From Polyangiaceae bacterium (GTDB lineage: Bacteria > Myxococcota_A > Polyangia > Polyangiales > Polyangiaceae), in NCBI GenBank assembly GCA_044222475.1, contig JBGANF010000089.1, positions 1 to 34,808 on the forward strand: a DNA stretch of 34,808 nt, read 5' to 3'. This document shows positions 7,603 to 16,839 of the stretch, in pieces. Each line of letters starts with the position of its first letter. Position 1 is the first letter of the stretch. A program made the translations under genes and the position numbers. Below the pieces are notes generated by a model. That model made no database searches. It saw only the letters and a program-made list of their open reading frames with translations, and had not been told where the DNA came from.

Positions 7603-9036
7603 ATGCGTCGTCCTCTTCTTCTTGGTCTTTGCTTGGGCGCTCTCGGGGTGGTCGCTGGCTCGACGGTGAGCACCACCGCGGAGGCATGCGGTGGTTGTTT
7701 TCATCCGCCGCCGAACGTGAACGAGACACCGAGCCTGGTCGTCGACCATCGCATGGCGTTCTCGATCTCGAAGACGCAGACGATCCTCTGGGACCAGGTT
7801 CGCTACGCCGGCAATCCGAAGGAGTTCGCGTGGGTCCTTCCGGTTCGCGCCGGCACCGACGTCGAGGTCGGGCAGGACGCCTTCCTCGACGTGCTCGACG
7901 GCGTCACCGCGCCGACGATCGCACCTCCGGTCGTGCAGTGTTACTACCCGCCGATCGATCGCAGCAGCAGCGGTGGCGGCGGGTTCGGGTGCGGCGCGTC
8001 GGACAGCGCGTCGTTCGCCCCGCAGAACGGCGGAGCCCTCGACGCCGGCATCAACGCACCCAAGGACGGCGGCATCATCGTCGTCAGCGAGAAGGTCGTC
8101 GGCCCGTACGAGACCGTCATCCTCCGCTCCGTCGACGGTGCGTCGATCTCCGACTGGCTCACCGCCCACAGCTTCATCATCCCGTCGTCGATCGTCCCGA
8201 TCATCGCGTACTACACGAACCTCGGCTTCGACTTCGTCGCCATCCGCCTCCGCCCTGACGTGGGCACGCGCGCGATGCAGCCGATCCGCGTCGTGTCGCC
8301 CGGCGCCGATGGCACGCTCCCGCTCCGCATGGTGTCGGCCGGCATCGGCGCGACCGTCGGGCTCGAGCTGTTCGTCCTCAGCGAAGGTCGCTACGAGGCG
8401 ACCTCGTTCGACAACGCGCTCGTTGATGGCAAGTTGGTAAAATGGAACGGCGCGTCGTCGCGTTCGACGTACGCCGAGACGTTCGACGCGCTGGCGGCAT
8501 CCAACGCCAAAGGCGTGTGGATCACCGAGCACGCCGGCAAGAGCGCGGTCGGCACGCTCACCTCTCGGTACTCGGCGGCCTGCCGCAACCAACCGCCGGT
8601 CGCCATTCCATGCAACACCACCGATGCCGGCACCGGCGACGGCGGCAGCGACGCCGGCCAGGACGCCGGTGACGCAGGCGGTTGCGTCCAGTACGTGCCC
8701 GCGTGCGACGTTTACGACGATCTCACGCGCGCGACCGACGGCATGAACCCGAGCGACGTCACGATCACGCGCATGCGCACGAACCTCGGCGCGACGGCGC
8801 TGTCGACCGATCTCGTCGTTGGCGCGGCGAAATCGCAGGCACCCGTGTCGAGCTTCATCCAGACGACCGAGTTCACGGACCCGACCTACAACCCTTGCCC
8901 CGGCGGCTCGACGACCCCCTATCCGCAGACCGATCCGGGAGACGGCTGCACGACGTCGGGAAACGGCAACTCCACGGCGGTCGTCGGCCTCGGTCTCGTC
9001 GCGCTCGTCGCGCTGGCGCGCCGCCGCCGCCGCTGA
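7603..9036 (+). CDS. DUF2330-like protein with MYXO-CTERM sorting tail
   Basis: Signal peptide then ACGGCF, EFAWVLPV, VGPYETV and LPLRMV motifs; C-terminus GDGC...VVGLGLVALVALARRRRR. Confidence 0.8.
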   Translation: MRRPLLLGLCLGALGVVAGSTVSTTAEACGGCFHPPPNVNETPSLVVDHRMAFSISKTQTILWDQVRYAGNPKEFAWVLPVRAGTDVEVGQDAFLDVLDGVTAPTIAPPVVQCYYPPIDRSSSGGGGFGCGASDSASFAPQNGGALDAGINAPKDGGIIVVSEKVVGPYETVILRSVDGASISDWLTAHSFIIPSSIVPIIAYYTNLGFDFVAIRLRPDVGTRAMQPIRVVSPGADGTLPLRMVSAGIGATVGLELFVLSEGRYEATSFDNALVDGKLVKWNGASSRSTYAETFDALAASNAKGVWITEHAGKSAVGTLTSRYSAACRNQPPVAIPCNTTDAGTGDGGSDAGQDAGDAGGCVQYVPACDVYDDLTRATDGMNPSDVTITRMRTNLGATALSTDLVVGAAKSQAPVSSFIQTTEFTDPTYNPCPGGSTTPYPQTDPGDGCTTSGNGNSTAVVGLGLVALVALARRRRR

Positions 9037-9037
9037 G

Positions 9038-9245
9038 TCAGCCGCCGACGACCGCGAGCACGAACACGAACATCACCCACAGGAGCGAGAGCCCGAGGAA
9101 CACGGTGCCCACGATGCCGAGGATCCAACCCGCGGTCGCGAGACCCGAGATCGGCGCTCCCATCATCATCGCGGTCTTCCGGTAGCCGTGGCCTTTGACC
9201 CAGGCGATCGGTGCGAGGAGCTGGCAGAACAGGTGACGATCGCTC
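9038..9245 (-). pseudogene. Probable truncated or frameshifted DUF4190-like small membrane protein
   Basis: LFCQLLAPIAWVKG...ATAGWILGIVGTVFLGL resembles DUF4190; no in-frame start close upstream; adding one C at about 9233 would give AIVTLFCQLL. Confidence 0.4.
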
Positions 9246-9252
9246 GACGAAA

Positions 9253-9343
9253 GACGCGATGCGTCAGCAATTTCGCGCCTGGATCTTGACAGGATAACGC
9301 GATGCGTTATGAATGTTGTGCATCGCGTCAACCCAAAGGAGGG
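9253..9343 (+). promoter_or_regulatory. Sigma70-type promoter with three operator-like palindromes and a Shine-Dalgarno site
   Basis: TTGACA 9286-9291; GACGC-GAT-GCGTC 9253-9265; ATAACGC-GAT-GCGTTAT 9294-9310; reverse-oriented copy 9317-9330; AGGAGG just before ATG 9350. Confidence 0.7.
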
Positions 9344-9349
9344 AAGCTC

Positions 9350-9703
9350 ATGGCCCAGTTCGTTTCGCTTCTTCGCACCACTCGTGACAACGCCCGTCTT
9401 CAGGGCCGCGCCTTCGCGGGCTTCGTTCGCATCGAGACCAACCGCTGGCGTCGCTTCGTGCGGGCGCGGACGGCGCGGGTCACTCTCGGAGCCCGCTCGT
9501 TCTTCGCGCCGCGCGCCTTCGAGCGAGAGCTGCTCGTCCGGGTGGACGGAACGCTCCGCGCGATCGACGGTCGCGTCGTGCACCGTCTCCAGGCGCTCGA
9601 GCCTCGCGCCGCGAAGCCGAAGCGCGTCGCGAAGCGCAAGGCGCCGAAGCCGGCCCTCAGCGCAACGACCTTGATCGCGGGCGGTCGCAAGAACGCGAGC
9701 TGA
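9350..9703 (+). CDS. Small basic hypothetical protein with Lys/Ala/Pro-rich tail (possibly phasin-like)
   Basis: Strong SD; MAQFVSLLRTTRD...AAKPKRVAKRKAPKPA. Confidence 0.7.
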   Translation: MAQFVSLLRTTRDNARLQGRAFAGFVRIETNRWRRFVRARTARVTLGARSFFAPRAFERELLVRVDGTLRAIDGRVVHRLQALEPRAAKPKRVAKRKAPKPALSATTLIAGGRKNAS

Positions 9704-9705
9704 GC

Positions 9706-10335
9706 TCAGTCGTCGCCGTGGATGCGGTCGAGGTGCGCGACGAGCGCCTCGACCGCGTCGAAGTTCGCGCCGGGGACGAGCGCGCGCTCGAAGGCGGCGA
9801 ACGTCTCGGGATCGCGGGTCGCGAGATCGGCGAACGCTCGCTTTGGTCCGGGGTATCGCCGACCGATCATCGGGTAGTGATCCTCGAGGAGCTGGTAGAG
9901 CAGCCAGTGGTAGCGGTAGCTCGCCTCGACGTCGCCCCGTCGGATGCGGGCGATCATCTTGTGCGACCACACGCGGCGCATTCGTCGCTCGCTCGCGGCC
10001 AGAGGCTCCACCGGTCGGGACTCGAAAGCGGCGATCCGCTCCACGAGCGCTGCCGCGAGCTGGCGGTCGTCGAGCAACACCGTGGCTCCGCCGAGCTTGA
10101 GCATCTCTTCGGTGACGTCGGCTTCGGCGATCGCCGTCGGATACACGAAGCCATCGAGAAACGAGCCGTTCCACAGCCGCGCGTCGCGGTACGTGTCGGG
10201 GACGTCGGCGAAGCAGGCGACGTCGATGTCGCTCTCCGGAGTTGCATCGCCGCGTGCGTGGGATCCGTAGAGGAGGATCGTGTGCGCTCGATGGACGCGG
10301 GTGAGCTCGTCGATCAGCGCCGCGCGATCGATCAC
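9706..10335 (-). CDS. Pol-beta-type nucleotidyltransferase domain protein
   Basis: LYGSHARGDATPESDIDV (GS...DxD) motif plus helical C-terminal domain; GTGA overlap with the upstream gene. Confidence 0.85.
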   Translation of the reverse strand: MIDRAALIDELTRVHRAHTILLYGSHARGDATPESDIDVACFADVPDTYRDARLWNGSFLDGFVYPTAIAEADVTEEMLKLGGATVLLDDRQLAAALVERIAAFESRPVEPLAASERRMRRVWSHKMIARIRRGDVEASYRYHWLLYQLLEDHYPMIGRRYPGPKRAFADLATRDPETFAAFERALVPGANFDAVEALVAHLDRIHGDD

Positions 10336-11558
10336 GCGTCGGCCTTCTGAAGATCGTCGACGGCCTCGGCGAGGGCGTCTTCGTCTTCCTCGAGTGAGCG
10401 CTCCAGCGCGACGCGCAGCTTGGGGTGCGCCGCCGTCTCGGCTGCGACGCGTACGCGCTTCGCGGCGTCGCCGTCTCCGCTCGACTTGAGCGCGACCGCG
10501 GCGGCGACTCGCGCTGGCGGCGGCGCTCCGGGATCTTCGACGACGCGGAGGAGCGTCTCCGGGGCGACCGGCGCGACGCGGTGGGTGGCGAGCTCGCCGG
10601 TTCCGATCGCGCGGAGCTCCGCGAGCCACTCCTTCGTGCTCTGCGTGGTCCGCACGATCTGGGCGAGGAAGCCCTCGGCCGCGGCGGACTCGCCGATGGC
10701 CTTCGCGCCTTTGGCCGACCTGACCTCTTCGATCCGCTCGAGGAGCGCCTTCGCGCTCTCCATCTCCCAGCGCGAACCGACCGGGATGCGAAGCTCGCCC
10801 TCCCGCAACGTGAGGAGCACCCCGACGCGGCGGTTTCGGCCCATGCCTTCGTCGTAGATGGTCCCGAAGCGAATGTCCCCGATGGGGACGAAGCGCTTCC
10901 ACCGGAGCCACTCCACGAGGACGCCATCGCCGCCGACGGTGACGTTCGACGGTATGAGAAACGTGGCGGTCATCGCCAACATGATCAACGGCGCGATCAT
11001 CACGAGCGGCGGCGCGATCGCGTGACCGATCGTGGCGGCAGCGAACCCGGCTCCCAGCCCGCCGAAGATCGTGAGGAACGTCCGGAGCGCGCTTCCCATG
11101 ACCCACGACATCGCTCGCAGCTTCAGGGTGCGCTGCGTGGCGTCGAAGCCGACCATGCGGAGCACCTTCCGTGCTTCGTCGGTGCTGCTCACCACGAGAC
11201 GAACGGGAAGCCCGAGCCGCCGCCGATGGATCACGACGGTCGGCGTCGTGCTGCCCGGTACGATGACGGCGCTCGTCACGTCCGCGATCGGGATGCGTTG
11301 ATCGGCGAACGAGAGCACGCCGTCCTTCACCGAGGCGGTGCCGTCGACGAGCTCGGGCGCCGGGTTCTTCCGTCGAAGGAAGAACTTGCCGGCGAGGCCG
11401 GCGATCAGCAGGTGCGGCGTGACCGCGACGTACGGCGTGTGCGTCAGGATCGACGCCAGCAGGAGCACGGGCACCAGCGCGAACGGCAGCCACGAGAGCG
11501 CGTCGATCCACTTGTTGCGCTTGGCCCACGTGACCGGAACCGTCTCGGCGTCGCTCAC
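10332..11558 (-). CDS. Hypothetical membrane protein with two TM-hairpin plus beta-rich units and a helical C-terminus
   Basis: GTG start overlapping the upstream TGA; two pairs of hydrophobic helices, each followed by a beta-rich segment. Confidence 0.7.
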   Translation of the reverse strand: MSDAETVPVTWAKRNKWIDALSWLPFALVPVLLLASILTHTPYVAVTPHLLIAGLAGKFFLRRKNPAPELVDGTASVKDGVLSFADQRIPIADVTSAVIVPGSTTPTVVIHRRRLGLPVRLVVSSTDEARKVLRMVGFDATQRTLKLRAMSWVMGSALRTFLTIFGGLGAGFAAATIGHAIAPPLVMIAPLIMLAMTATFLIPSNVTVGGDGVLVEWLRWKRFVPIGDIRFGTIYDEGMGRNRRVGVLLTLREGELRIPVGSRWEMESAKALLERIEEVRSAKGAKAIGESAAAEGFLAQIVRTTQSTKEWLAELRAIGTGELATHRVAPVAPETLLRVVEDPGAPPPARVAAAVALKSSGDGDAAKRVRVAAETAAHPKLRVALERSLEEDEDALAEAVDDLQKADA

Positions 11559-12250
11559 GGTTCCTCGGCGGCGATGCGTTGGGCGCAGAGCGGACACGTG
11601 CGCTCCGAGTGGACGGCGTCCCGCCGGTGCAGATCGAGGACCGCGCGCGAGATTCGCGCGAGCTCGCGGCGGACTTCGCGGCGCGCGCCCTTGATGCGTG
11701 CAATCTGCATGTGATCGTACGCGGTCGTCTGGTGGCGCATCCACGCGATCGTCGCGGCTTCTGCGCGCTCTTCGATCGGGATGCGCTTCGTCCTGGCGAC
11801 GGTGCCGCTGCCGACCGGCGTCGCGTGAGCGGCGATCGCCTGCGCCATCGCGCGCGCGAGATCCGCGTGGCGCGGCGCGAAGTCGAGGAACGCAAAGACC
11901 TCGTCCTCGAACGACGCGACGTAGGCCGACTGCTCCTTCTCGCGTCGTACGAGCGAGCTCGCGCGCTTCTTCGCATACGACTCGGTCGCGCGTTCGGCTT
12001 CGAGCGCCGCGCGAGCGGCTTCGATGTTCGCGCGCGGTGCCCACAGTCCCTTCGAGAACGACTTGCGCCCCTTCTTCTCGATCACCGCCCACGACGGACC
12101 CGCGAGCTTCACGCGGCGCGTGAGCCCCGCATCGCCGGGAGGAAGACACGCCCAGTCGGCCGGGGGCGAGTGACGCGCCCCGCGCGGATCGGTGAACACG
12201 CGCGGATCGGGGGTCGGAGCGAGCGTCAGAGCGTCGGGCCGCGGCGCCAT
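11555..12250 (-). CDS. DUF2293 domain protein
   Basis: LPPGDAGLTRRVK, HATPVGSGTVART and IAWMRHQTTAYD motifs; TGATG overlap. Confidence 0.85.
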   Translation of the reverse strand: MAPRPDALTLAPTPDPRVFTDPRGARHSPPADWACLPPGDAGLTRRVKLAGPSWAVIEKKGRKSFSKGLWAPRANIEAARAALEAERATESYAKKRASSLVRREKEQSAYVASFEDEVFAFLDFAPRHADLARAMAQAIAAHATPVGSGTVARTKRIPIEERAEAATIAWMRHQTTAYDHMQIARIKGARREVRRELARISRAVLDLHRRDAVHSERTCPLCAQRIAAEEP

Positions 12251-12774
12251 CAGTCGACCATATCCAAGCCGGTCTCCACGCGCACGTTGAAGAACCGCTT
12301 CGTCACCGCCGGGCCGACGGGCGTACCCGGCTTGGTGAACCGTCCCCGCGACAGCGCATCGAGCACGCACTTGGACTCGGGCGCGGTGAGCGACCCATCG
12401 ACGGCGAGGAGCTCCGCGCTCGGTGAGCCGTCGTCGGCGAGCGTGACCTTCAGGCGCATGCGCAGCGGTCCCTTGTGTGCCGCCACGCAGGCCTTCGCCC
12501 GATCGCCCGCCGCCTTCAACAGCGGCTGATCCGCGCTTGCGACGACGCCGGGGTCCACCGGCTCGACGTCACCGTAGCCGGCGCGGACGAAGCTCGTCAT
12601 CGGATCGACGCCGGTGGCCGATGGAAGCGGAGGTGCGGCCGCGTCCGGCTTCGGCGAGTCCCCCGCCGGAGGCACTGCGGGCATGGCCACCGATCGGGGC
12701 GAGGGCTCGTCGTGACTGCAACCGAGCGCACCGGCGGCGATCGCAACGGCGAACGCGGCGGGCCTGAGCTTCAT
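12250..12774 (-). CDS. Lipoprotein with a possible TonB-C/AgmX-like C-terminal domain
   Basis: Lipobox GALGC; Pro-rich linker; paired Cys (AKAC...SKCV) around a beta-hairpin. Confidence 0.65.
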   Translation of the reverse strand: MKLRPAAFAVAIAAGALGCSHDEPSPRSVAMPAVPPAGDSPKPDAAAPPLPSATGVDPMTSFVRAGYGDVEPVDPGVVASADQPLLKAAGDRAKACVAAHKGPLRMRLKVTLADDGSPSAELLAVDGSLTAPESKCVLDALSRGRFTKPGTPVGPAVTKRFFNVRVETGLDMVD

Positions 12775-12842
12775 GGCGGTTTCAGGCTAGCAGGAGGAAG
12801 GTTTTGCGAAAGCCGGCGGTTGATGTCACGTTGAACGCCTCG

Positions 12843-13409
12843 ATGTCTCGAACGCTCGTCCTCTTGGTCGCTTCGTTTGCCCTTGCCGCCTGCGATCACA
12901 AGGACGCGCCGACGCCAGCGCCGAAGGCCACCGCCACGGCGGAGAGCGCCACCGCCGATGGTACGAAGGGCGCCGCGATCGGCGCGCGCGGCGGAGGTCC
13001 GGGGGCCGCTCCCAACCGAGCGATCGACAAGTTCGACGTCGCCGAGATCGTGGTTCCGCCCGGCACGTCGACGCTCCACATCGCGTGGGATCTTCCGAAG
13101 GGCACCGGCGTGAACGACGACGCGCCGGTGAACGTGCGATTCCTCGAGAGCGACGGCCTCCTCGTCGCGCCGAGCGACCTCGCCGGTCACGGCAAGGACT
13201 TCTCCGGTGGCTTCGACGTTCCGCTCCAGATCTCCGGCAACACGACGGCGGCGAAGCTCGCGGGCGACGTGGAGCTCGTCGTGTGCGACGTCGAGACCCA
13301 CTCGGTGTGCGTGCCGCTCAAGCGCCGACTCGAGGTCACCTTCGGCGTCCAGAAGGGCGCGAGCCCAGCGAGCGTTCGCATCCCGCTTCCCCAGGCGAAA
13401 CGCGGCTGA
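12843..13409 (+). CDS. Lipoprotein with a DsbD-N-like Ig-fold Cys pair
   Basis: Lipobox ALAAC; C-terminal VVCDVETHSVCVP. Confidence 0.6.
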   Translation: MSRTLVLLVASFALAACDHKDAPTPAPKATATAESATADGTKGAAIGARGGGPGAAPNRAIDKFDVAEIVVPPGTSTLHIAWDLPKGTGVNDDAPVNVRFLESDGLLVAPSDLAGHGKDFSGGFDVPLQISGNTTAAKLAGDVELVVCDVETHSVCVPLKRRLEVTFGVQKGASPASVRIPLPQAKRG

Positions 13410-13421
13410 GTCGCTATCGGT

Positions 13422-13455
13422 TTGACGGCGCGGGTTTCGCGTTCGATCATACGGT
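13422..13455 (+). promoter_or_regulatory. Putative leaderless sigma70 promoter
   Basis: TTGACG-17 nt-GATCAT-5 nt-ATG(13456), no SD. Confidence 0.5.
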
Positions 13456-14439
13456 ATGCGCCGCGTATTGCCGCTCTTCGCGCTCGTCGGTCTCGCGTTG
13501 GGCGTCTCGCGATGCGCGCTCGTCAGCGGGCTGAGCGATCTCGACGTCGATCCCGGCGATGCAGCGATCCCCCAACCCGACGCATCCGTCGACGTCACGA
13601 TCGACTCGCCCGGCGACGCACCGAAGGACGCACCGATCGAGGTGGCTCCTCCGGTGAACGACGCGGGTTGCACGTGCGTCCCGATCCCCGCGAGCTGGAC
13701 CGCAGTGCGGTTCCGCAGCGACCGCAACGCAGCGTGCCCGGTGGGCGATCTCACCGAGGACGTCGTGCTCGCGCCGGCCTCCGTCGCGGCCACCGCGTCG
13801 TGCGGATGCACGTGCACCACCGGAGCGATCGACTGCTCGAATCCGGTCGTCACCTACCGAGGCGCGACGCTCTGCGCAGGCGGTACCAAGGCCCAGGCCC
13901 CGGCCATCACGAGCGGCGCGTGCACGGCCAGCCCGAACAACGCCGAGGGCGCGGACTCGCTCGAGACCACCGCCAAGTCCGCGGCGTGCACCGCACAACC
14001 AGCACCGTTCGCTTCGGTCGTCACTGGCAACGGACGGCTCTGCACGAAGGCGAACTCGCCGTGCACTGGGCAGACGGGTTGCAACGATCCCGCGGGCGGA
14101 TTCTCCGCGTGCGTGGTCAGCGCCGGCGATCAAACGTGCCCGGCCGGCTACCCGACCCGCACGACGATCGCGACGAGCGTGGCCGACGGTCGCACCTGCC
14201 TCAACTGCGGCTGCACCACCCCGAACGTGAAGTGCAGCCTCACGATCGACGCCTACAACACGAACGCCTGCCTCACGAAGACCTCGACGCTCACGACGAC
14301 CCTCGGCGTCTGCGGGAACTACAAGGCGGACCTCTTCTACAAGGCGACCGCCGCGGTCTCCGGAAGCTGCACACCCGGAAACGGCGTGGGGAGCGGATCG
14401 GCCACGGCCGTCCAAGGACGAACGGTGTGCTGCAAATGA
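13456..14439 (+). CDS. Cys-rich secreted protein or lipoprotein
   Basis: Signal peptide, acidic DA-rich linker, many Cys with an internal duplication (CGCTC / CLNCGC), ends VCCK. Confidence 0.75.
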   Translation: MRRVLPLFALVGLALGVSRCALVSGLSDLDVDPGDAAIPQPDASVDVTIDSPGDAPKDAPIEVAPPVNDAGCTCVPIPASWTAVRFRSDRNAACPVGDLTEDVVLAPASVAATASCGCTCTTGAIDCSNPVVTYRGATLCAGGTKAQAPAITSGACTASPNNAEGADSLETTAKSAACTAQPAPFASVVTGNGRLCTKANSPCTGQTGCNDPAGGFSACVVSAGDQTCPAGYPTRTTIATSVADGRTCLNCGCTTPNVKCSLTIDAYNTNACLTKTSTLTTTLGVCGNYKADLFYKATAAVSGSCTPGNGVGSGSATAVQGRTVCCK

Positions 14440-14462
14440 GCCTGCATTCTGGCTAAATGAAG

Positions 14463-14479
14463 TTGAAAGTGATTTTCAA
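14463..14479. promoter_or_regulatory. Fur box (deltaproteobacterial type)
   Basis: TTGAAAGTGATTTTCAA is one mismatch from the palindromic consensus WTGAAAATNATTTTCAW; it sits in an AT-rich gap 18 nt upstream of an imelysin/DHOR operon. Confidence 0.8.
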
Positions 14480-14497
14480 TTAGGATAGTAGAGAAGC

Positions 14498-15730
14498 GTG
14501 AAGGCCTCGCTTCTCGTTTCCACGCTCGTAGTGTCTGCAGCGGTCGCCGCGTGCTCGTCGCCCTCGACGGTCACGCCACCGGCGGACGCCGGGAGCGATC
14601 GCTTCAAGCCCGCGGGCGACCCGAGCGACGTCCCCATCAGCGGCATCACCAAGGACCTCGTCGACGCGTTCGATCTCGGTGACGCGCTGTTCGATCTCCC
14701 GTATCGCGCGCCCGACGGCCTCGGCCCGCTCTTCATCCGCGACGCGTGTGGCGAGTGTCACGGCGGCGCAGCGCGTGGTCCCGGGCTGGTCCAGAAGATG
14801 GCCGTCGTTCTTCCCGACGGCGTCACGCCGGATCCCGATCAGTCGAAGCTGCCGTTCGGTCACACGCTCCGCCTCCAGCTCACCGCCGGCGCGAAGACGC
14901 CGATCGACGCACCGAAGGATCCGAACGTCAAGGTCACCATCCGCCTCGGCCCGCCGGTTCTCGGTCGCGGCTACCTCGAAGCCATCCGCGACGACGAGAT
15001 CGTCCGCATGGAGACCGAGCAGAAGACGCGCACCGACGGGATCCACGGCCACGTGAACCACGTGACGTTCGCCTCGACGACGAGCGGAGATCCCGCGTAC
15101 TCGACGTACAAGAAGGGTGACGTCGTGATCGGCCGCTTCGGGCTCAAGGCGCGCGTCGCGACGCTCGACGACTTCACCGCCGACGCGTTCGCCGGCGACA
15201 TGGGGATGACGTCGCCGATGCGCCCGACCGAGCACCCGAACCCCGACGGCCTCACCGACGACCTGCGCGCCGGCGTCGATCTCGACGTCGGGACGGTGAA
15301 CAAGATCGCGATGTACATGCGCCTGCTCGCGATCCCGTATCGCGAGACACCGAACACGAAGGGCGAAGCCGCGTTCACCGCCGCGAAGTGCAACGTGTGT
15401 CACGTGCCGTCGCTGAAGACGCGCGCCGACTATCCCATCAAGGTCCTGGCCGGCATCGACGCGCCGGTGTTCACCGATCTCCTCGTCCACGACATGGGCG
15501 ACGCGCTCGCCGATGGGCAAGAAGAGGGCGAGGCGAAGTCTCGCGAGTGGCGAACGGCGCCTCTCATGGGTCTGCGGTTCGCGCGCACCTACCTCCACGA
15601 CAGCCGCGCCGGCTCGCTCGACGAGGCGGTCCGGCTTCACGCGGGCGAGGCGAAGGTCTCGGCCGATCTCTACCAAGCGCTCGGCGACGCCGACCGCGCT
15701 GCGCTTCTCGACTACATCGGCTCGCTCTGA
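14498..15730 (+). CDS. Di-heme oxidoreductase (DHOR) family lipoprotein
   Basis: Lipobox AVAAC; DGLGPLF, CGECH, GRFGLKA, CNVCH, FTDLLVHDMG, WRTAPLMG and YLHD motifs. Confidence 0.9.
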   Translation: MKASLLVSTLVVSAAVAACSSPSTVTPPADAGSDRFKPAGDPSDVPISGITKDLVDAFDLGDALFDLPYRAPDGLGPLFIRDACGECHGGAARGPGLVQKMAVVLPDGVTPDPDQSKLPFGHTLRLQLTAGAKTPIDAPKDPNVKVTIRLGPPVLGRGYLEAIRDDEIVRMETEQKTRTDGIHGHVNHVTFASTTSGDPAYSTYKKGDVVIGRFGLKARVATLDDFTADAFAGDMGMTSPMRPTEHPNPDGLTDDLRAGVDLDVGTVNKIAMYMRLLAIPYRETPNTKGEAAFTAAKCNVCHVPSLKTRADYPIKVLAGIDAPVFTDLLVHDMGDALADGQEEGEAKSREWRTAPLMGLRFARTYLHDSRAGSLDEAVRLHAGEAKVSADLYQALGDADRAALLDYIGSL

Positions 15731-15751
15731 GCCCGCTTCGAAGGTGAACTC

Positions 15752-16837
15752 ATGAAGATCTTCCCCGTCCTCGGAATCGCCACTCTCGCCCTCGTCGCCG
15801 CGTGCAGCTCGGATGCACCGACCGGACCGACGAAGACGGACGCCGAGTACAAGAGCGAGGTCACCACCTCGATGACCAAGAGCCTCGGCGCCTCCCTCAC
15901 CGACTTTCGCGTCGCCGTGACCGAGCTGCAGGCCGCCGCGCCCACGCCATCGGGTCGCGGTTGGGACAAGACGCAGGACGCGGCGGCGATCACGGCGATG
16001 AAGGCCGCGTGGACCAAGGCGCGCGCGGCATACGAGCTCATCGAGGGCGCCCTCGCGCCGATCTTCCCCGACCTCGACGCCTCGGTCGACGAGCGCTACG
16101 ACGGGTTCCTCGCCGACCTCGCGGGCAAGGGCGACGCGAACCTGTTCGACGATCAGGGCGTGATCGGGATGCACGGCGTCGAGCGCATCCTCTACTCCGA
16201 CACGCAACCGCAGAGCGTCATCGACTTCGAGAAGACGCTCCCCGGCTACGCCCCCGCCGCCTTCCCGGCGACCGAGCAGGAGGCGCTCGACTTCAAGAGC
16301 AAGCTCTGCGCGAAGCTCGTCGCCGACGTCACGAAGATGGAGCAGCAGTGGCAGCCGGCGCAGATCGATCTCGGCGGCGCGTTCCAAGGTCTCATCGGCC
16401 TCATGAACGAGCAGAAGGAGAAGGTCAACAAGGCCTCGGGCGGGACCGAAGAGTCGCGCTACGCGCAGACGACGATGCTCGACCTCCGCAAGAACCTCGA
16501 GGGCACGCGCAGGGCGTACCTCCTCTTCCAGCCGTGGGTCGTCTCGAAGACGAACGCTTCCGATCCGAAGCACTCGGGCCCCAACGTCGACAAGGCGATC
16601 CTCGACGGGTTCGCCAAGCTCGACGCTCTCTACGGCGCGTACCCCGGTGATGCGATCCCGCAGCCGCCGCCGACGTGGAGCTCGGCGAACCCGACCCCAG
16701 CCGATCTCCAGACGCCGTTCGGCAAGCTCTGGACTGGCGTTCACGAAGCGGTCGACTCGAGCAGGGACGGATCGATCGTCGACGAGATGAACGACAGCGC
16801 CACCCTCTTGGGCTTCCCCCAGTTCACGACGAACTGA
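15752..16837 (+). CDS. Imelysin (M75)/EfeO-like iron-uptake lipoprotein
   Basis: Lipobox LVAAC; AWTKARAAYELIE and GMHGVERILY (HxxE) motifs; EESRYA. Confidence 0.9.
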   Translation: MKIFPVLGIATLALVAACSSDAPTGPTKTDAEYKSEVTTSMTKSLGASLTDFRVAVTELQAAAPTPSGRGWDKTQDAAAITAMKAAWTKARAAYELIEGALAPIFPDLDASVDERYDGFLADLAGKGDANLFDDQGVIGMHGVERILYSDTQPQSVIDFEKTLPGYAPAAFPATEQEALDFKSKLCAKLVADVTKMEQQWQPAQIDLGGAFQGLIGLMNEQKEKVNKASGGTEESRYAQTTMLDLRKNLEGTRRAYLLFQPWVVSKTNASDPKHSGPNVDKAILDGFAKLDALYGAYPGDAIPQPPPTWSSANPTPADLQTPFGKLWTGVHEAVDSSRDGSIVDEMNDSATLLGFPQFTTN

Positions 16838-16839
16838 CC

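Noticed and set aside
9706..10335. Nucleotidyltransferase as a CBASS, AbiE or MNT-HEPN defence gene
   Set aside because: Short for a CD-NTase, and no effector or toxin partner is recognisable next to it
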